Assembly (NCBI GenBank): GCA_038889075.1 | Contig: JAWAHS010000009.1 | Location: 1 to 58,341 of the forward strand | Length of the DNA stretch: 58,341 nt | DNA from: Ignisphaera sp. | GTDB lineage: Archaea > Thermoproteota > Thermoprotei_A > Sulfolobales > Ignisphaeraceae | Reading direction: 5' to 3' | Part shown: positions 38,163-48,809 of the stretch, one piece after another | Layout: every line of letters starts with the position of its first letter | Position numbering within the stretch: the stretch's first letter is position 1 | Position numbers and translations under genes: made by a program | The notes under the pieces: generated by a model | What the model saw: the letters and a program-made list of their open reading frames with translations, nothing else | The model's database searches: none | What the model was told of the DNA's origin: nothing

Positions 38163-41100
38163 AAAAGTTCTAATTATAGGTTCTGGTGCTATAAAAATTG
38201 CTGAAGCTGCGGAATTTGACTATAGCGGTAGCCAAGCTCTAAAAGCACTTAAGGAAGAAGGTATAGAAACGGTACTCATCAATCCTAATATTGCAACCAT
38301 ACAGACTGGACATAGATTTGCCGATAAGGTCTACCTACTACCAGTAAAACCCGAATTTATAGCCAGGGTAATAGATATCGAGAGACCCGATGGTATAATG
38401 ATTGGTTTTGGCGGACAGACAGCACTAAGCGTGGGTGTTAAATTATACGATAGCGGTATACTATCAAAATATGATGTAAAGGTTCTAGGAACGTCTATAG
38501 AGGGGGTTAGAAGGGCTCTATCGAGAGAGCTATTTAGGAAGACCATGATGGAGTACGAGATACCCATACCACCAAGTATAGCTACTAGGGGTATTGATGA
38601 AGCTATCGATGCGGCTAATAGACTGGGATTTCCAGTTATGGTTAGAGTGAGCTTTAATTTAGGTGGTGCTGGGAGTTTCGTCGCATGGAATGAGAAGCAT
38701 CTATTAAGGAGACTTAGGGCAGCATTTGCACAATCTGAAATCGGTGAAGTGCTCATCGAGAAGTATCTACATCATTGGAAGGAGATAGAATTCGAGGTTG
38801 TAAGGGATGCATATGATAATGTAGCAGCTATAGCATGTCTGGAGAATTTAGATCCTATGGGTGTACACACAGGCGAATCAATAGTTATTGCACCCTGTCA
38901 GACACTGACAGACTATGAGTATCAATTAAGTAGAAACTTATCGATAGCTGTTGAAAGAGCTATAATGCTCATTGGAGAGGGCAATGTCCAAGTAGCTCTA
39001 AATCCATTAAATAGCGATGAGATATACGCAATCGAGACCAACCCTAGGATGTCTAGAAGTAGTGCATTAGCTAGCAAGGCTACGGGATATCCACTTGCAT
39101 ACATAGCAGCTAAGCTAGCTCTAGGATACAAGCTATATGAGGTTGTTAACAAAGTTACTGGAAAAACATCTGCATGCTTTGAACCAAGCCTAGACTATGT
39201 TGTTGTAAAGATACCTAGATGGGATCTAGATAAATTTGAGTACGTTGAAAGGAGAATTGGTACTGAGATGAAGAGTGTTGGAGAGGTCATGGCCATTGGT
39301 AGAAGCTTTCTAGAAGCACTCCAAAAGGCTATAAGAATGCTGGATATAGGTGAGATAGGCCTCGTTGGAGGCTCCATATACGAGGACGATTCGATATCGC
39401 TTACCTATGTAATGGAGAAGATTAGGAGAAGAGAACCCTATTGGCCTGTATGGGTTGCGAAGGCATTCAAATATGGTGTAGATGTCGATAGAATATATGA
39501 GTTAACGGGTATCGATAAACACTTCCTTAAGCAGATAAAGGAGGCTGTCAATTTCTATGAAAAACTGAGAAAGAGCTCCACGGAAAGTGCTGAGCTACCA
39601 ATGGTGATTGCTGAAGGCAAGAGGCTAGGATTCAGCGATGAACAGCTTAGCAGAGTGCTTGGAAAAAGCCAGGATGAGATAAGAAGCATTAGAGAACAGT
39701 ATGGTATAAAACCTGTAACAAAGCAGATAGATACTCTTGCTGCCGAATGGCCTGCGAAAACAAATTATCTCTATCTAACATACAATGGATGGGAGCACGA
39801 TGTATCCTATACGAGCTCAAAACCAAAGATAATAATCCTTGGTGCTGGAGGGTTTAGAATAGGTGTTAGCGTTGAATTTGACTGGAGCATAGTGATGTTT
39901 GCAGATGAGGCTAGGAAACTAGGCTACGAAGTTATAGTAGTCAATTATAATCCGGAGACAGTATCAACGGATTGGGATGTGAATGAGAAGCTCTACTTTG
40001 ATGAGATTACGGTTGAGAGAGTTCTTGATATATACGAACATGAGAAACCTATGGGTATAGTGGCTTTCTTAGGAGGTCAAATCTCAAACAATATTGCATG
40101 GGAGCTTGAAAAACAAGGTATCGCTCTACTCGGTACCTCTGGTGCAAGTGTTCATAAGGCTGAAAATAGGGCACTCTTTAGCGAACTACTCGATCATTTG
40201 AATATAAAACAGCCACCTTGGATAGCAGCAAAAAGCATAAGTGAAGTTGTAAGGTTTGCAGAAGATGTGGGATATCCAGTTCTCATAAGACCGAGCTACG
40301 TTCTAAGTGGTTCGGCTATGAAAATAGCTTGGAATAGACGCGAGCTCATAGACTTCATTGCAAGGGCGGCCAAGGTATCGCCAAAGTATCCTGCGGTTGT
40401 TTCAAAATTTATCGATGGTGCTATAGAATTTGAAATTGACGCTGTTGGCGATGGGACTACTGCAATAGGTGCCGTTATAGAGCATATTGAGCCAGCCGGG
40501 GTGCATAGCGGAGATGCTACAATGACCTTACCACCAAAATACCTACCGTGGAATGCTGTTTTAAAGGCATCTAAAATTGCTATGGAGCTGAATAATGCTT
40601 TAAATATAAAAGGCCCTTACAATCTACAGCTTCTATACAAGGATGGTGAAGTATATGTTATTGAACTTAATCTCAGGGCAAGCAGATCTATGCCATTTAC
40701 AAGTAAGGTTACTGGATATAGCCTTATGAAAGCATCTGCCGAGGCTTCTCTAAAGGGTAGTTTAATGAATATAGTTGAAAAGGGTAGATTCAACCTACTT
40801 CTACCGAAATGGTTCGGTGTAAAATCACCACAATTTTCATGGGCTAGGCTAAGAGGAGCATATCCATTCCTAGGTCCTGAGATGAGAAGCGTTGGTGAGG
40901 TTGCATGTCTAGGAAAAGTGTATGAAGAAGCGCTTATCCTGAGCTGGCTGAGCGTTGCTGGCAATAGGCTACCAGAAAAGAGGGAGAAAGTATTGGTATA
41001 TACTCCAGAACCAAAGGATGAATACATAGATGCACTATCAGATGTGGTTAATATTCTGTATGGTGCTGGGTACGGTGTTGTAACAGTTGAAGATATGTGG

Positions 41101-41376
41101 GTTAAAGGGGCTGAGGAAATGGTGATGAAAAGTATTGAGGATGAGATTATAAAGGGTGGTATTGGGCTTGTAATGACAGCAGGCTACAATCCGGAGAAGG
41201 ACTATAGAATTAGAAGGCTAGCAGTAGATCTAGGGATACCAATAGTGCTTAATCATAGACTAGGACTCGAGCTTGCAAAGGCTATGGTACTTATTGAAGA
41301 GAAGGATTATAAATTGGGTATAAGGGAGCTTAGTGAGTTCTGGGATAGTCCAGAGAAAATTATTAGAATTGTTTAG
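38149..41376 (+). CDS. carB: Carbamoyl-phosphate synthase large subunit
   Basis: AEFDYSGSQA, GVHTGES, NPRMSRSSALASKATG, NPETVSTD, GVHSGD; two ATP-grasp domains. Confidence 0.97.
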   Translation: METVRKVLIIGSGAIKIAEAAEFDYSGSQALKALKEEGIETVLINPNIATIQTGHRFADKVYLLPVKPEFIARVIDIERPDGIMIGFGGQTALSVGVKLYDSGILSKYDVKVLGTSIEGVRRALSRELFRKTMMEYEIPIPPSIATRGIDEAIDAANRLGFPVMVRVSFNLGGAGSFVAWNEKHLLRRLRAAFAQSEIGEVLIEKYLHHWKEIEFEVVRDAYDNVAAIACLENLDPMGVHTGESIVIAPCQTLTDYEYQLSRNLSIAVERAIMLIGEGNVQVALNPLNSDEIYAIETNPRMSRSSALASKATGYPLAYIAAKLALGYKLYEVVNKVTGKTSACFEPSLDYVVVKIPRWDLDKFEYVERRIGTEMKSVGEVMAIGRSFLEALQKAIRMLDIGEIGLVGGSIYEDDSISLTYVMEKIRRREPYWPVWVAKAFKYGVDVDRIYELTGIDKHFLKQIKEAVNFYEKLRKSSTESAELPMVIAEGKRLGFSDEQLSRVLGKSQDEIRSIREQYGIKPVTKQIDTLAAEWPAKTNYLYLTYNGWEHDVSYTSSKPKIIILGAGGFRIGVSVEFDWSIVMFADEARKLGYEVIVVNYNPETVSTDWDVNEKLYFDEITVERVLDIYEHEKPMGIVAFLGGQISNNIAWELEKQGIALLGTSGASVHKAENRALFSELLDHLNIKQPPWIAAKSISEVVRFAEDVGYPVLIRPSYVLSGSAMKIAWNRRELIDFIARAAKVSPKYPAVVSKFIDGAIEFEIDAVGDGTTAIGAVIEHIEPAGVHSGDATMTLPPKYLPWNAVLKASKIAMELNNALNIKGPYNLQLLYKDGEVYVIELNLRASRSMPFTSKVTGYSLMKASAEASLKGSLMNIVEKGRFNLLLPKWFGVKSPQFSWARLRGAYPFLGPEMRSVGEVACLGKVYEEALILSWLSVAGNRLPEKREKVLVYTPEPKDEYIDALSDVVNILYGAGYGVVTVEDMWVKGAEEMVMKSIEDEIIKGGIGLVMTAGYNPEKDYRIRRLAVDLGIPIVLNHRLGLELAKAMVLIEEKDYKLGIRELSEFWDSPEKIIRIV

Positions 41377-41512
41377 ATACCTTTTTGCAGCAGGTCAAAA
41401 GGAAACAGCTCCGGTAAAATTAATCAATCTAATAGTATCCGATTCTTTAGGGCTATAACCGGATCTTTTATTTTAAACTGCCTAGTTTTCACAGTAAGTT
41501 GGGGGTGACCCC

Positions 41513-43462
41513 ATGGATAATACAGGCATCTACGTTATTGATGTATCTAGGAGTAGCTATGCCATTGTAGAACCTCTTCCAATTGATAGGGTTATAGTTG
41601 ATGACAGTTTTTGGAGACCAAGACTGGAGAAATTAGTAAAGATTACACTACCTCTACAGTTTTTGAAGATTCAGGAAACGGGTAGGTTAGAAAATTTTAG
41701 AATGGCTTCGGGAAGGGTAAAAGGGGAATTTAAAGGTCTATGGTTTAATGATTCAGATGTATATAAGTGGATTGAAGCATCAGCGTATGCACTAGCATAT
41801 CGCTGGAGTGAGGAACTATATAAAATGGTGAATACGGCTATAGATGAAATTATTTCAGCACAACAGCCAGATGGCTATATAAATACATACATTACAGTAA
41901 ATGGTCTTAAACGATGGGTTGATCTGGCTTGGAGCCATGAGCTCTACTGTGCAGGGCATCTAATCCAAGCTGCAATTGCTGTAAGAAGAAGCCTTAAGAA
42001 AAATGATCTGTATGTGGCATCTCTAAAGTTTGCGGACTTGATAAGCGATACATTTGGCTGGGAGGAGGGAAAACTAAAGACCTCAGATGGTCATCCAGAA
42101 ATAGAGATGGCGTTGGTAGAACTCTATAGAGAATGTAACAGAGGGAAGTATCTAGATCTTGCAGAGTTTTTCATAGATATACGGGGTAGGGGATATGTAA
42201 CCAAGACTCTAACATTAAGGCAGTTCTTTTTACCTTCACCTGAATACCTAGTTGATCACAAGCCTATAAGAGAATTGGATGATATTGCTGGGGGACATGC
42301 AGTAAGGGCATTGTACTATATGGCAGGAGTCGCAGATGTTTATATAGAGAAGGGAGATAGCAAGTTGTGGTCTGCTTTAGAAAGTTTATGGAGGAAGGTC
42401 ACTAGTAGGAAAATGTACATTACATATGGATTTGGTTCGAGATATGAAGGAGAAGCATTTGGCGAAGATTATGAATTACCAAATGAAAGAGCTTATAGTG
42501 AGACGTGCGCATCGGTGGCAGGGGCCATGTGGGCGTGGAGAATGTTTTTAGCATCGGGTGATCCGAAATATGTAGAGGTACTGGAGTCTATTCTATACAA
42601 TTCAGCATTAGCGGGCATATCCTTAGATGGAACCAGGTACTTCTATGTAAATCCGCTTGCAGATTACTATGGAAAACACCAAAGGATGCCATGGTTTGAA
42701 TGTGCATGTTGTCCACCGAACATTGCGAGGCTCTTAGCATATCTTCCGAGCATGATATACTCTTTTTCTAAGATCGACAAAGGTATAATGGTGAATTTAT
42801 TTATTGGGAGTAGAGCTGTATTTGAGGTGAATGGAAATAGAATTGTAATCACCATGGATACTATGTACCCATGGTACGGTAAGGTATTCATTAGAATGGA
42901 GCCGGAGAGGGTTGATGAAATACCTGTCATGATTAGAATACCCTCATGGGTAGAGGAACATGAAATTCTAGTTAATGGAAAGGAGTTCAGAGGAGAGCCT
43001 GGTAGGTATATAAAACTTGTTAAATCATGGGATAGAGGCGATAAGATAGTTATTGAATTCAAAATGAGACCCAGGTTCATACAATCACATCCATATGTGG
43101 AAGCTAACTATGGTAGGGTAGCTATAAAGAGAGGACCCATAGTCTACTGTATAGAGGGTATAGATAATAGGGAATTCGATGTAAGAGATTTAATCATAGA
43201 TCCCTCTACTGCTAACCTCAATGAGGTTTTTAGAGAAGATGTGCTTAATGGTGTTGTATTGGTAGAGGGTGAGGGATACGTTAATGAAGATATGTATCAT
43301 GGTGATAAACTATACTATGAACTGGATGTAGAGAGTGTTCCAAAGGCTAAAAAGGTTAAGTTTATAGCGATACCATACTATGCCTGGAACAATAGAGGGG
43401 CAACCCAGATGGCTGTATGGATAAGATCTCGCATCAATGTGCTAGGCAGGATAGGGGATTGA
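41513..43462 (+). CDS. Glycoside hydrolase family 127 (beta-L-arabinofuranosidase-like)
   Basis: DSDVYKWIEA, HELYCAGH, GHPEIE, GHAVR, EAF, YSETCA, CACCPPN, IPYYAWNNRG. Confidence 0.92.
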   Translation: MDNTGIYVIDVSRSSYAIVEPLPIDRVIVDDSFWRPRLEKLVKITLPLQFLKIQETGRLENFRMASGRVKGEFKGLWFNDSDVYKWIEASAYALAYRWSEELYKMVNTAIDEIISAQQPDGYINTYITVNGLKRWVDLAWSHELYCAGHLIQAAIAVRRSLKKNDLYVASLKFADLISDTFGWEEGKLKTSDGHPEIEMALVELYRECNRGKYLDLAEFFIDIRGRGYVTKTLTLRQFFLPSPEYLVDHKPIRELDDIAGGHAVRALYYMAGVADVYIEKGDSKLWSALESLWRKVTSRKMYITYGFGSRYEGEAFGEDYELPNERAYSETCASVAGAMWAWRMFLASGDPKYVEVLESILYNSALAGISLDGTRYFYVNPLADYYGKHQRMPWFECACCPPNIARLLAYLPSMIYSFSKIDKGIMVNLFIGSRAVFEVNGNRIVITMDTMYPWYGKVFIRMEPERVDEIPVMIRIPSWVEEHEILVNGKEFRGEPGRYIKLVKSWDRGDKIVIEFKMRPRFIQSHPYVEANYGRVAIKRGPIVYCIEGIDNREFDVRDLIIDPSTANLNEVFREDVLNGVVLVEGEGYVNEDMYHGDKLYYELDVESVPKAKKVKFIAIPYYAWNNRGATQMAVWIRSRINVLGRIGD

Positions 43463-43463
43463 A

Positions 43464-43937
43464 TTGAGAGAGTATCCAGGACATGCTATAGCAGCTGTAG
43501 GAGCCGTAGTTGTAGTGGATGGCAACATCATTTTAGTTAAGAGAGGTTATCCACCTGCAAAGGATAGATGGTCGATACCAGGAGGCGTTATTGAAGCGGG
43601 TGAGAAGGTGTTTGATGCTGCTAGACGGGAACTCTATGAAGAAACAGGTATTACTGCTAACCCACTGGGTATAATTCTCATAGTAAATGATGTTGTTAGA
43701 GACGTCCAAAGCAATGTAAGGTACCACTATCTAATACTAGATGTTTTATTTGATTCAAGAAATATCAAAGGTATACCCAGAGCAGGTGGCGATGCTGTCG
43801 ATGTAGCATGGATTCCATTAGAGGAAGCGCTCAAGAGAAACGATGTATCAAGAACCACCAAACAGTTAATTAATGAATTGATTAAGGGTAGATACCACCT
43901 TCTTCAAGTCGAGGAGATGGAATTCATATCTACATAA
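43464..43937 (+). CDS. Nudix hydrolase (ADP-ribose pyrophosphatase-like)
   Basis: Nudix box GGVIEAGEKVFDAARRELYEETG. Confidence 0.92.
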   Translation: MREYPGHAIAAVGAVVVVDGNIILVKRGYPPAKDRWSIPGGVIEAGEKVFDAARRELYEETGITANPLGIILIVNDVVRDVQSNVRYHYLILDVLFDSRNIKGIPRAGGDAVDVAWIPLEEALKRNDVSRTTKQLINELIKGRYHLLQVEEMEFIST

Positions 43938-43951
43938 TTTGAGAGTATAGG

Positions 43952-45487
43952 GTGGGAGTATTGGGAATAAAGGTTTTTATGGGTAAGATATATACCCAAT
44001 TTAAGCCTATAAAGATTGTCGAATGTCTAATTGTATCATCTGGACGAGTTGTATATGCAGGTTCTGACAAACTATGTGAATACGTATGCAAGAATACGGT
44101 ATGTGAATATATTGATATAAATGGTGTTGCACTTCCTGGTTTCGTAGATGCACATATACATATGGATGCTCTCGGAATAAATTTGAATTCTATTGATCTG
44201 AGAAATACGAGAAGTATAGATGAGGTTAAAAGACTTCTTAGAACGTATAGAAACACCATCGGCCACTGGATTATTGGACGTGGATGGGATCAGGAAAAAT
44301 TTATAGAGAAGCGAGTCATAACTAGATGGGATATTGATAATGCTATAAATGAATTGCCAGTTCTACTTATAAGAATATGTGGCCATCTAGGTGTCATCAA
44401 TAGTAGAGCTATTGAGCTTTTAAAACTCAGTAAAATATTTGAATGTAGTTCAAAGATAGATATTGCGAATGGTATTATTAAGGAGGAAGTGCTAGAGTAT
44501 ATATGGAGGGAAATAGACATCGATGTAGATAGCTATAGAAAGATTCTAGATGATGCACAGAATCACATTGTTAGACATGGAGTTACTTCAATAGGTTACC
44601 TCTCTGTACCTATTAGCGTAGTACCGGTGCTCATCTCAATGGATTTGGAAAATAGACTATATATTAGAATCCATCTGTATTTCGACGCCATCCATAGCGA
44701 TATTTTCAAGATATTGGGCTTGAGAAGGGGTTATGGAGATGATTATCTAAGATTTATGGGAATAAAGATCTTCATTGACGGTTCTCTGGGAGCTAGAACT
44801 GCTCTCTTATCTCTACCATATAGTGACGATCTAAACAATTTTGGTATCGAGAGAATCTCCAGCGATACCTTGGTTCACATCCTCAGCAGGGCTAAAGATA
44901 ACGGTATAGATGTTGCTCTACATGCTATAGGGGATAGAGCTCTAGATGTCGCTATTTATTCAATTCGAAGCGCTTTATCACATAATTATACAAGGATTGA
45001 GCATGCATCTATAGTTAGAGACGATCAATTATCGAAGTTAAAGGGGTTTCGTATAGCTATTCAACCACACTTTATAATATCGGACTTCTGGATGGTAGAT
45101 AGAGTAGGTATTGAAAGGGCACGATACGTATATAGGATTAAGAGTTTATTGGATAGCGATATTGTATTGGGGTTCTCAACAGACGCTCCAGTTGAAGATG
45201 TAAATCCTTGGAAAACAATATATGCAGCTGTAACCAGGGGTATTTTCGAAGATATTGAGTTAGCGAAATATACATATAGTGAAGCAATAGATGTTGTAGA
45301 GGCGCTACACCTCTATACTAAAGGCTCCGGTCAACTATTATTACGGAATGATATTGGGTGTCTAGAGCCTGGCTGTCTAGCTGATATTAATATAGTTGAT
45401 AGAGATCCTATTGGTCTGGATCTCCATGAATTAAAAAACATTAGGAGTTTGAAGGTATTCGTCGGAGGCAAGGCTGTTTTCTTATAG
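43952..45487 (+). CDS. Metal-dependent amidohydrolase (amidohydrolase_3/YtcJ-like)
   Basis: PGFVDAHIH, GRGW, KIFIDGSLGARTA, HAIGDRA, RIEHAS, STDAP. Confidence 0.9.
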   Translation: MGVLGIKVFMGKIYTQFKPIKIVECLIVSSGRVVYAGSDKLCEYVCKNTVCEYIDINGVALPGFVDAHIHMDALGINLNSIDLRNTRSIDEVKRLLRTYRNTIGHWIIGRGWDQEKFIEKRVITRWDIDNAINELPVLLIRICGHLGVINSRAIELLKLSKIFECSSKIDIANGIIKEEVLEYIWREIDIDVDSYRKILDDAQNHIVRHGVTSIGYLSVPISVVPVLISMDLENRLYIRIHLYFDAIHSDIFKILGLRRGYGDDYLRFMGIKIFIDGSLGARTALLSLPYSDDLNNFGIERISSDTLVHILSRAKDNGIDVALHAIGDRALDVAIYSIRSALSHNYTRIEHASIVRDDQLSKLKGFRIAIQPHFIISDFWMVDRVGIERARYVYRIKSLLDSDIVLGFSTDAPVEDVNPWKTIYAAVTRGIFEDIELAKYTYSEAIDVVEALHLYTKGSGQLLLRNDIGCLEPGCLADINIVDRDPIGLDLHELKNIRSLKVFVGGKAVFL

Positions 45488-45552
45488 CAAATCTTTTATC
45501 GTATAGTAAACTACAATATTAATTAATAGGATACAGGATTAGTGTGTTGAAA

Positions 45553-46533
45553 ATGAGTAGAGAAATATATGACCTAATCATTATAGGTGGTGGAATAGCA
45601 GGTTTATCAGCAGCTCTATATACAGCAAGACAAGGATTGAAAACGGTAGTTATAGCAATGGATATAGGGGGACAATTGAGGTATGCTAGTACGATTGAAA
45701 ATTATCCTGGAATCGAATCGATAACAGGACTCGATCTAGCACTAAGGATACAGAAACAAGCAGTAGCATTTGGTAGCGAAATAATTATAGATGAGGTAAC
45801 ACTGCTTAATAAGAAGGATGGACTATTCACAGTAGGGACGCGAAGAGGAAATGTATTGGAGTCACTAAGTGTAATTGCTGCATGTGGTAAAGCTCCGAAA
45901 AAACTTAGGGTAGAGGGTGAGGAGAACTTCATTGGTAGAGGTCTTAGCTACTGTGTGGTTTGTGATGGACCTCTATACAAGGGTAAGAAGGTAGTTCTGA
46001 ATAGCTTTGGTGAAAATGGTATTGAAGCTCTACACCTGTTAGCACCGATAGTTAAAGAACTAATCTATGTAGTGCCAACAGAAACTGATGTAAGTATAGA
46101 TGAGGCGATGAAATATGGTAATGTATCTATATACTCAGGTTATCGAATTGCCGAATTGCATGGTGATGGAAGACTTAGAGAAATTGTAGTTGTAAATAAA
46201 CATGGAGATAGAGAAGCTATTGATAGCGATGCACTATTTGTTGAATTAGGATTCGAGACGCAGATAGATTTTTTGAAACCATATGTAGACCTAAATGAGA
46301 AGGGTGAAGTGGTTATAGATAGGTATGGTGCTACAAGAACTGAGGGTCTTTTTGCAGCCGGAGATCTAGTCAATATACCATATAAACAAGCAGCAGTCTC
46401 GGCTGCGAGTGGTGTAATAGCAGCACTATCTGCTATAAACTATATTAATAGGAGAAAAGGTTTAGCAAAGAGTGTAGTAAGCGATTGGAGTAAGATTAGA
46501 GTGCATCAACAGAGAAAGGCATTCAGGATCTAG
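45553..46533 (+). CDS. Thioredoxin reductase-like flavoprotein
   Basis: GGGIAG FAD motif, GGQ, GLSYCVVCDG redox CxxC, GLFAAGD. Confidence 0.88.
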   Translation: MSREIYDLIIIGGGIAGLSAALYTARQGLKTVVIAMDIGGQLRYASTIENYPGIESITGLDLALRIQKQAVAFGSEIIIDEVTLLNKKDGLFTVGTRRGNVLESLSVIAACGKAPKKLRVEGEENFIGRGLSYCVVCDGPLYKGKKVVLNSFGENGIEALHLLAPIVKELIYVVPTETDVSIDEAMKYGNVSIYSGYRIAELHGDGRLREIVVVNKHGDREAIDSDALFVELGFETQIDFLKPYVDLNEKGEVVIDRYGATRTEGLFAAGDLVNIPYKQAAVSAASGVIAALSAINYINRRKGLAKSVVSDWSKIRVHQQRKAFRI

Positions 46534-46666
46534 TTCAATTTCACTAGAAACTTCTGCGAATCTGATATTGAGATGAATTTGTGTAGATTGTGTGTAGATT
46601 GAATTGTTGTAGAATTCTCTACAGCTTATAGAATACCACGGTAGGGTATCTCTAGCGATCCCAGTA

Positions 46667-47317
46667 TTATTCATTAAAGTAGTTGAATATAGAGTCTATC
46701 AATCTTTTTAACTGCTTATAATGGATCTGTCCCTTGGCTGTGGGAACATCTATATAACCATAAACTAATCTGGAACCCAGTAATGCGTATGCTATTCTCT
46801 CGAGCGGGTCTACAGACATTGGAAAGGCTGCTATGTTATTCCCTAGATCAAGGATCTTGACTAGAAATTCCCTGTATCCAGGGAAGGGTTCAACTACTAT
46901 CTTTATAATGAAAGCTCTATCCCTATATCTAAGCACCCTCTCTACCACATAATCTAGATCAGGTTTTGAACCAATAAAGTGCATGGATACGATAGCATTG
47001 TTGTATTCGACACCGAACTTCTCTATGAAGGATATTTCAACATCGTATAGAATTCCTAAGTTTTTTAAGATATTTAGTAATCTTATTTTTGTCTCTGGAT
47101 CGTGTGGCTTTGCACCTCCTTCACTAAACTCTCTAAGTGTTACGATAATCTTTCTATTCATCAATACACTATAATCTATTTCGAGAGGGTTGTCCATATA
47201 ATCAACTCTAAGTTCAACAAAATCTGCATCATCTATAGACACCACATTCAATACATCATATACATTTAGAATAGGTTTTGATGCAACTATAAACGGTCTG
47301 GATTGCCTACCCATCAT
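46667..47317 (-). CDS. aroD: Type I 3-dehydroquinate dehydratase
   Basis: ADFVELRVD, IVTLR..SEGG, VSMH, IKI, GQ; last gene of the aro operon. Confidence 0.85.
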   Translation of the reverse strand: MMGRQSRPFIVASKPILNVYDVLNVVSIDDADFVELRVDYMDNPLEIDYSVLMNRKIIVTLREFSEGGAKPHDPETKIRLLNILKNLGILYDVEISFIEKFGVEYNNAIVSMHFIGSKPDLDYVVERVLRYRDRAFIIKIVVEPFPGYREFLVKILDLGNNIAAFPMSVDPLERIAYALLGSRLVYGYIDVPTAKGQIHYKQLKRLIDSIFNYFNE

Positions 47318-47331
47318 AATCGCCGAAATCG

Positions 47332-48570
47332 TTACTGGTTTAAATAAATTCTTCCCCCAATAATCTTTAAGTCTTTCCAAAAGTTAGGGTTGCTCTTGGA
47401 TACGCACTCAGCTTGATCTATAATCCCACCGCTCTTAAGAGCTATCGACGCTGCCATCATAGCTATTCTATGGTCGTCTGGGCAGACAATTTCGCCCTCC
47501 CTAGTATTACCCCCAGTAATCTCAATAAACTCACCTCTATCATAGGCTTCAATACCAAAGCCTCTTAGTGTTGAAACTATGGTATTCCTTCGATCGCTTT
47601 CTTTGATCGATAACCTTTCGATACCTCTAATAACTGTAGTCCCTCTAGCTACCCCAGCCAAAGGTGCTATGGATGGGGCGAGATCTGGGGAATCATCAAC
47701 ATCCACTTCTATTGCTCTATAGCTATCACCAGCCTCAACATACCAAATGCCATCTCTATATATGCTTACGGCATTCATAGATCTATATATATCGATTATG
47801 CTATGGTCACCAAAAAAGCTATAGGGCTTTGGTAATCCATGTATAGATAGATAGCCACCTGTAAGTAGAGCAGCTACAGCGTAGAATGAAGCTAAAAGAT
47901 AGTCGCCAGGTATGGAGCCCTTATATGGGGCAATCTCCTTGGATGCTTCGACATCAATTCTATTACCATGTATATGAACGGTTCCGCCTAGACTGTTTAT
48001 AATCTCAGCAGTCAAATTTATATAGCTTCTAGAGGAGATCTTCCCTCTAATGTTTATACTACCACCTCCAGCCATTATCAATGCTATCATAAGACCAGTT
48101 ATGTACTGGCTACTCTCACCGCCATATATATCGATACAGGTATCTCTAACCCTTCCCTCCATGGTAATGGGAAGGGTGGTACCAGAAAAGCGAATGCCTT
48201 TCTCACTAAGGGCATCAACTATGGCATTCAATGGTCTTCTTCTAAGACCTTTACCACCATCGATGGTGATTCTACCACCTACTACAGCCGCTATTGGTAT
48301 GAAGATTCTTAAAACAGTTGCAGATCCTCTAAAATATACATAGTCTCTATACAGTTTGAGAAATGACGGTTTATAGAACCTTCTTCCGTCAGTAATAACA
48401 TTGAATACGCCTATGGCATCTAGAGCATCTAGAACATCCTCCGATAAGGTTAGATTATCTATTGTTATATTGGTTAGTAGAGATAGGAACAACAATCTTA
48501 TTGCCCAGCTTTTAGATTGAGGCGCAGATATAGAACCTTTGATGGTGGATCTCTCTAGGACAACCCTCAC
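47332..48570 (-). CDS. aroA: EPSP synthase
   Basis: QSKS, LRRRP, SSQY, PGD, DSPD, KESDR, DDHRIAM, KSNP. Confidence 0.92.
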   Translation of the reverse strand: MRVVLERSTIKGSISAPQSKSWAIRLLFLSLLTNITIDNLTLSEDVLDALDAIGVFNVITDGRRFYKPSFLKLYRDYVYFRGSATVLRIFIPIAAVVGGRITIDGGKGLRRRPLNAIVDALSEKGIRFSGTTLPITMEGRVRDTCIDIYGGESSQYITGLMIALIMAGGGSINIRGKISSRSYINLTAEIINSLGGTVHIHGNRIDVEASKEIAPYKGSIPGDYLLASFYAVAALLTGGYLSIHGLPKPYSFFGDHSIIDIYRSMNAVSIYRDGIWYVEAGDSYRAIEVDVDDSPDLAPSIAPLAGVARGTTVIRGIERLSIKESDRRNTIVSTLRGFGIEAYDRGEFIEITGGNTREGEIVCPDDHRIAMMAASIALKSGGIIDQAECVSKSNPNFWKDLKIIGGRIYLNQ

Positions 48571-48809
48571 TTCTCATCACCAATAGTTAGATTTTGTTTC
48601 ATGGAGACTATAGGGATTCGCCGATCTAGGAATAAGAAGAGCTGCCGATCCAGAGGCTGATGGTAGATAGAGTGAGGTGAATAGATCGCTTGGGAGTAGA
48701 TATGTGATCTGATGGTGTACCAGATCTTTGAGAAACGATGCATAGAGCTACAGAACTTGATCGAAGAGCGGGAGCTTAAGAGTGAGGAAACCAGAGGTAT
48801 GAAACACAT
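48567..48809 (-). CDS. 80-aa orphan ORF coupled to aroK and aroA (may be non-functional)
   Basis: ATG overlaps the aroK TAA with a GGTG SD upstream; its stop overlaps the aroA GTG; no recognisable motif. Confidence 0.3.
   Translation of the reverse strand: MCFIPLVSSLLSSRSSIKFCSSMHRFSKIWYTIRSHIYSQAIYSPHSIYHQPLDRQLFLFLDRRIPIVSMKQNLTIGDEK

Noticed and set aside
48567-48809. Chorismate mutase assignment for the 80-aa ORF
   Set aside because: No AroQ pattern; the mutase domain is already fused to TyrA
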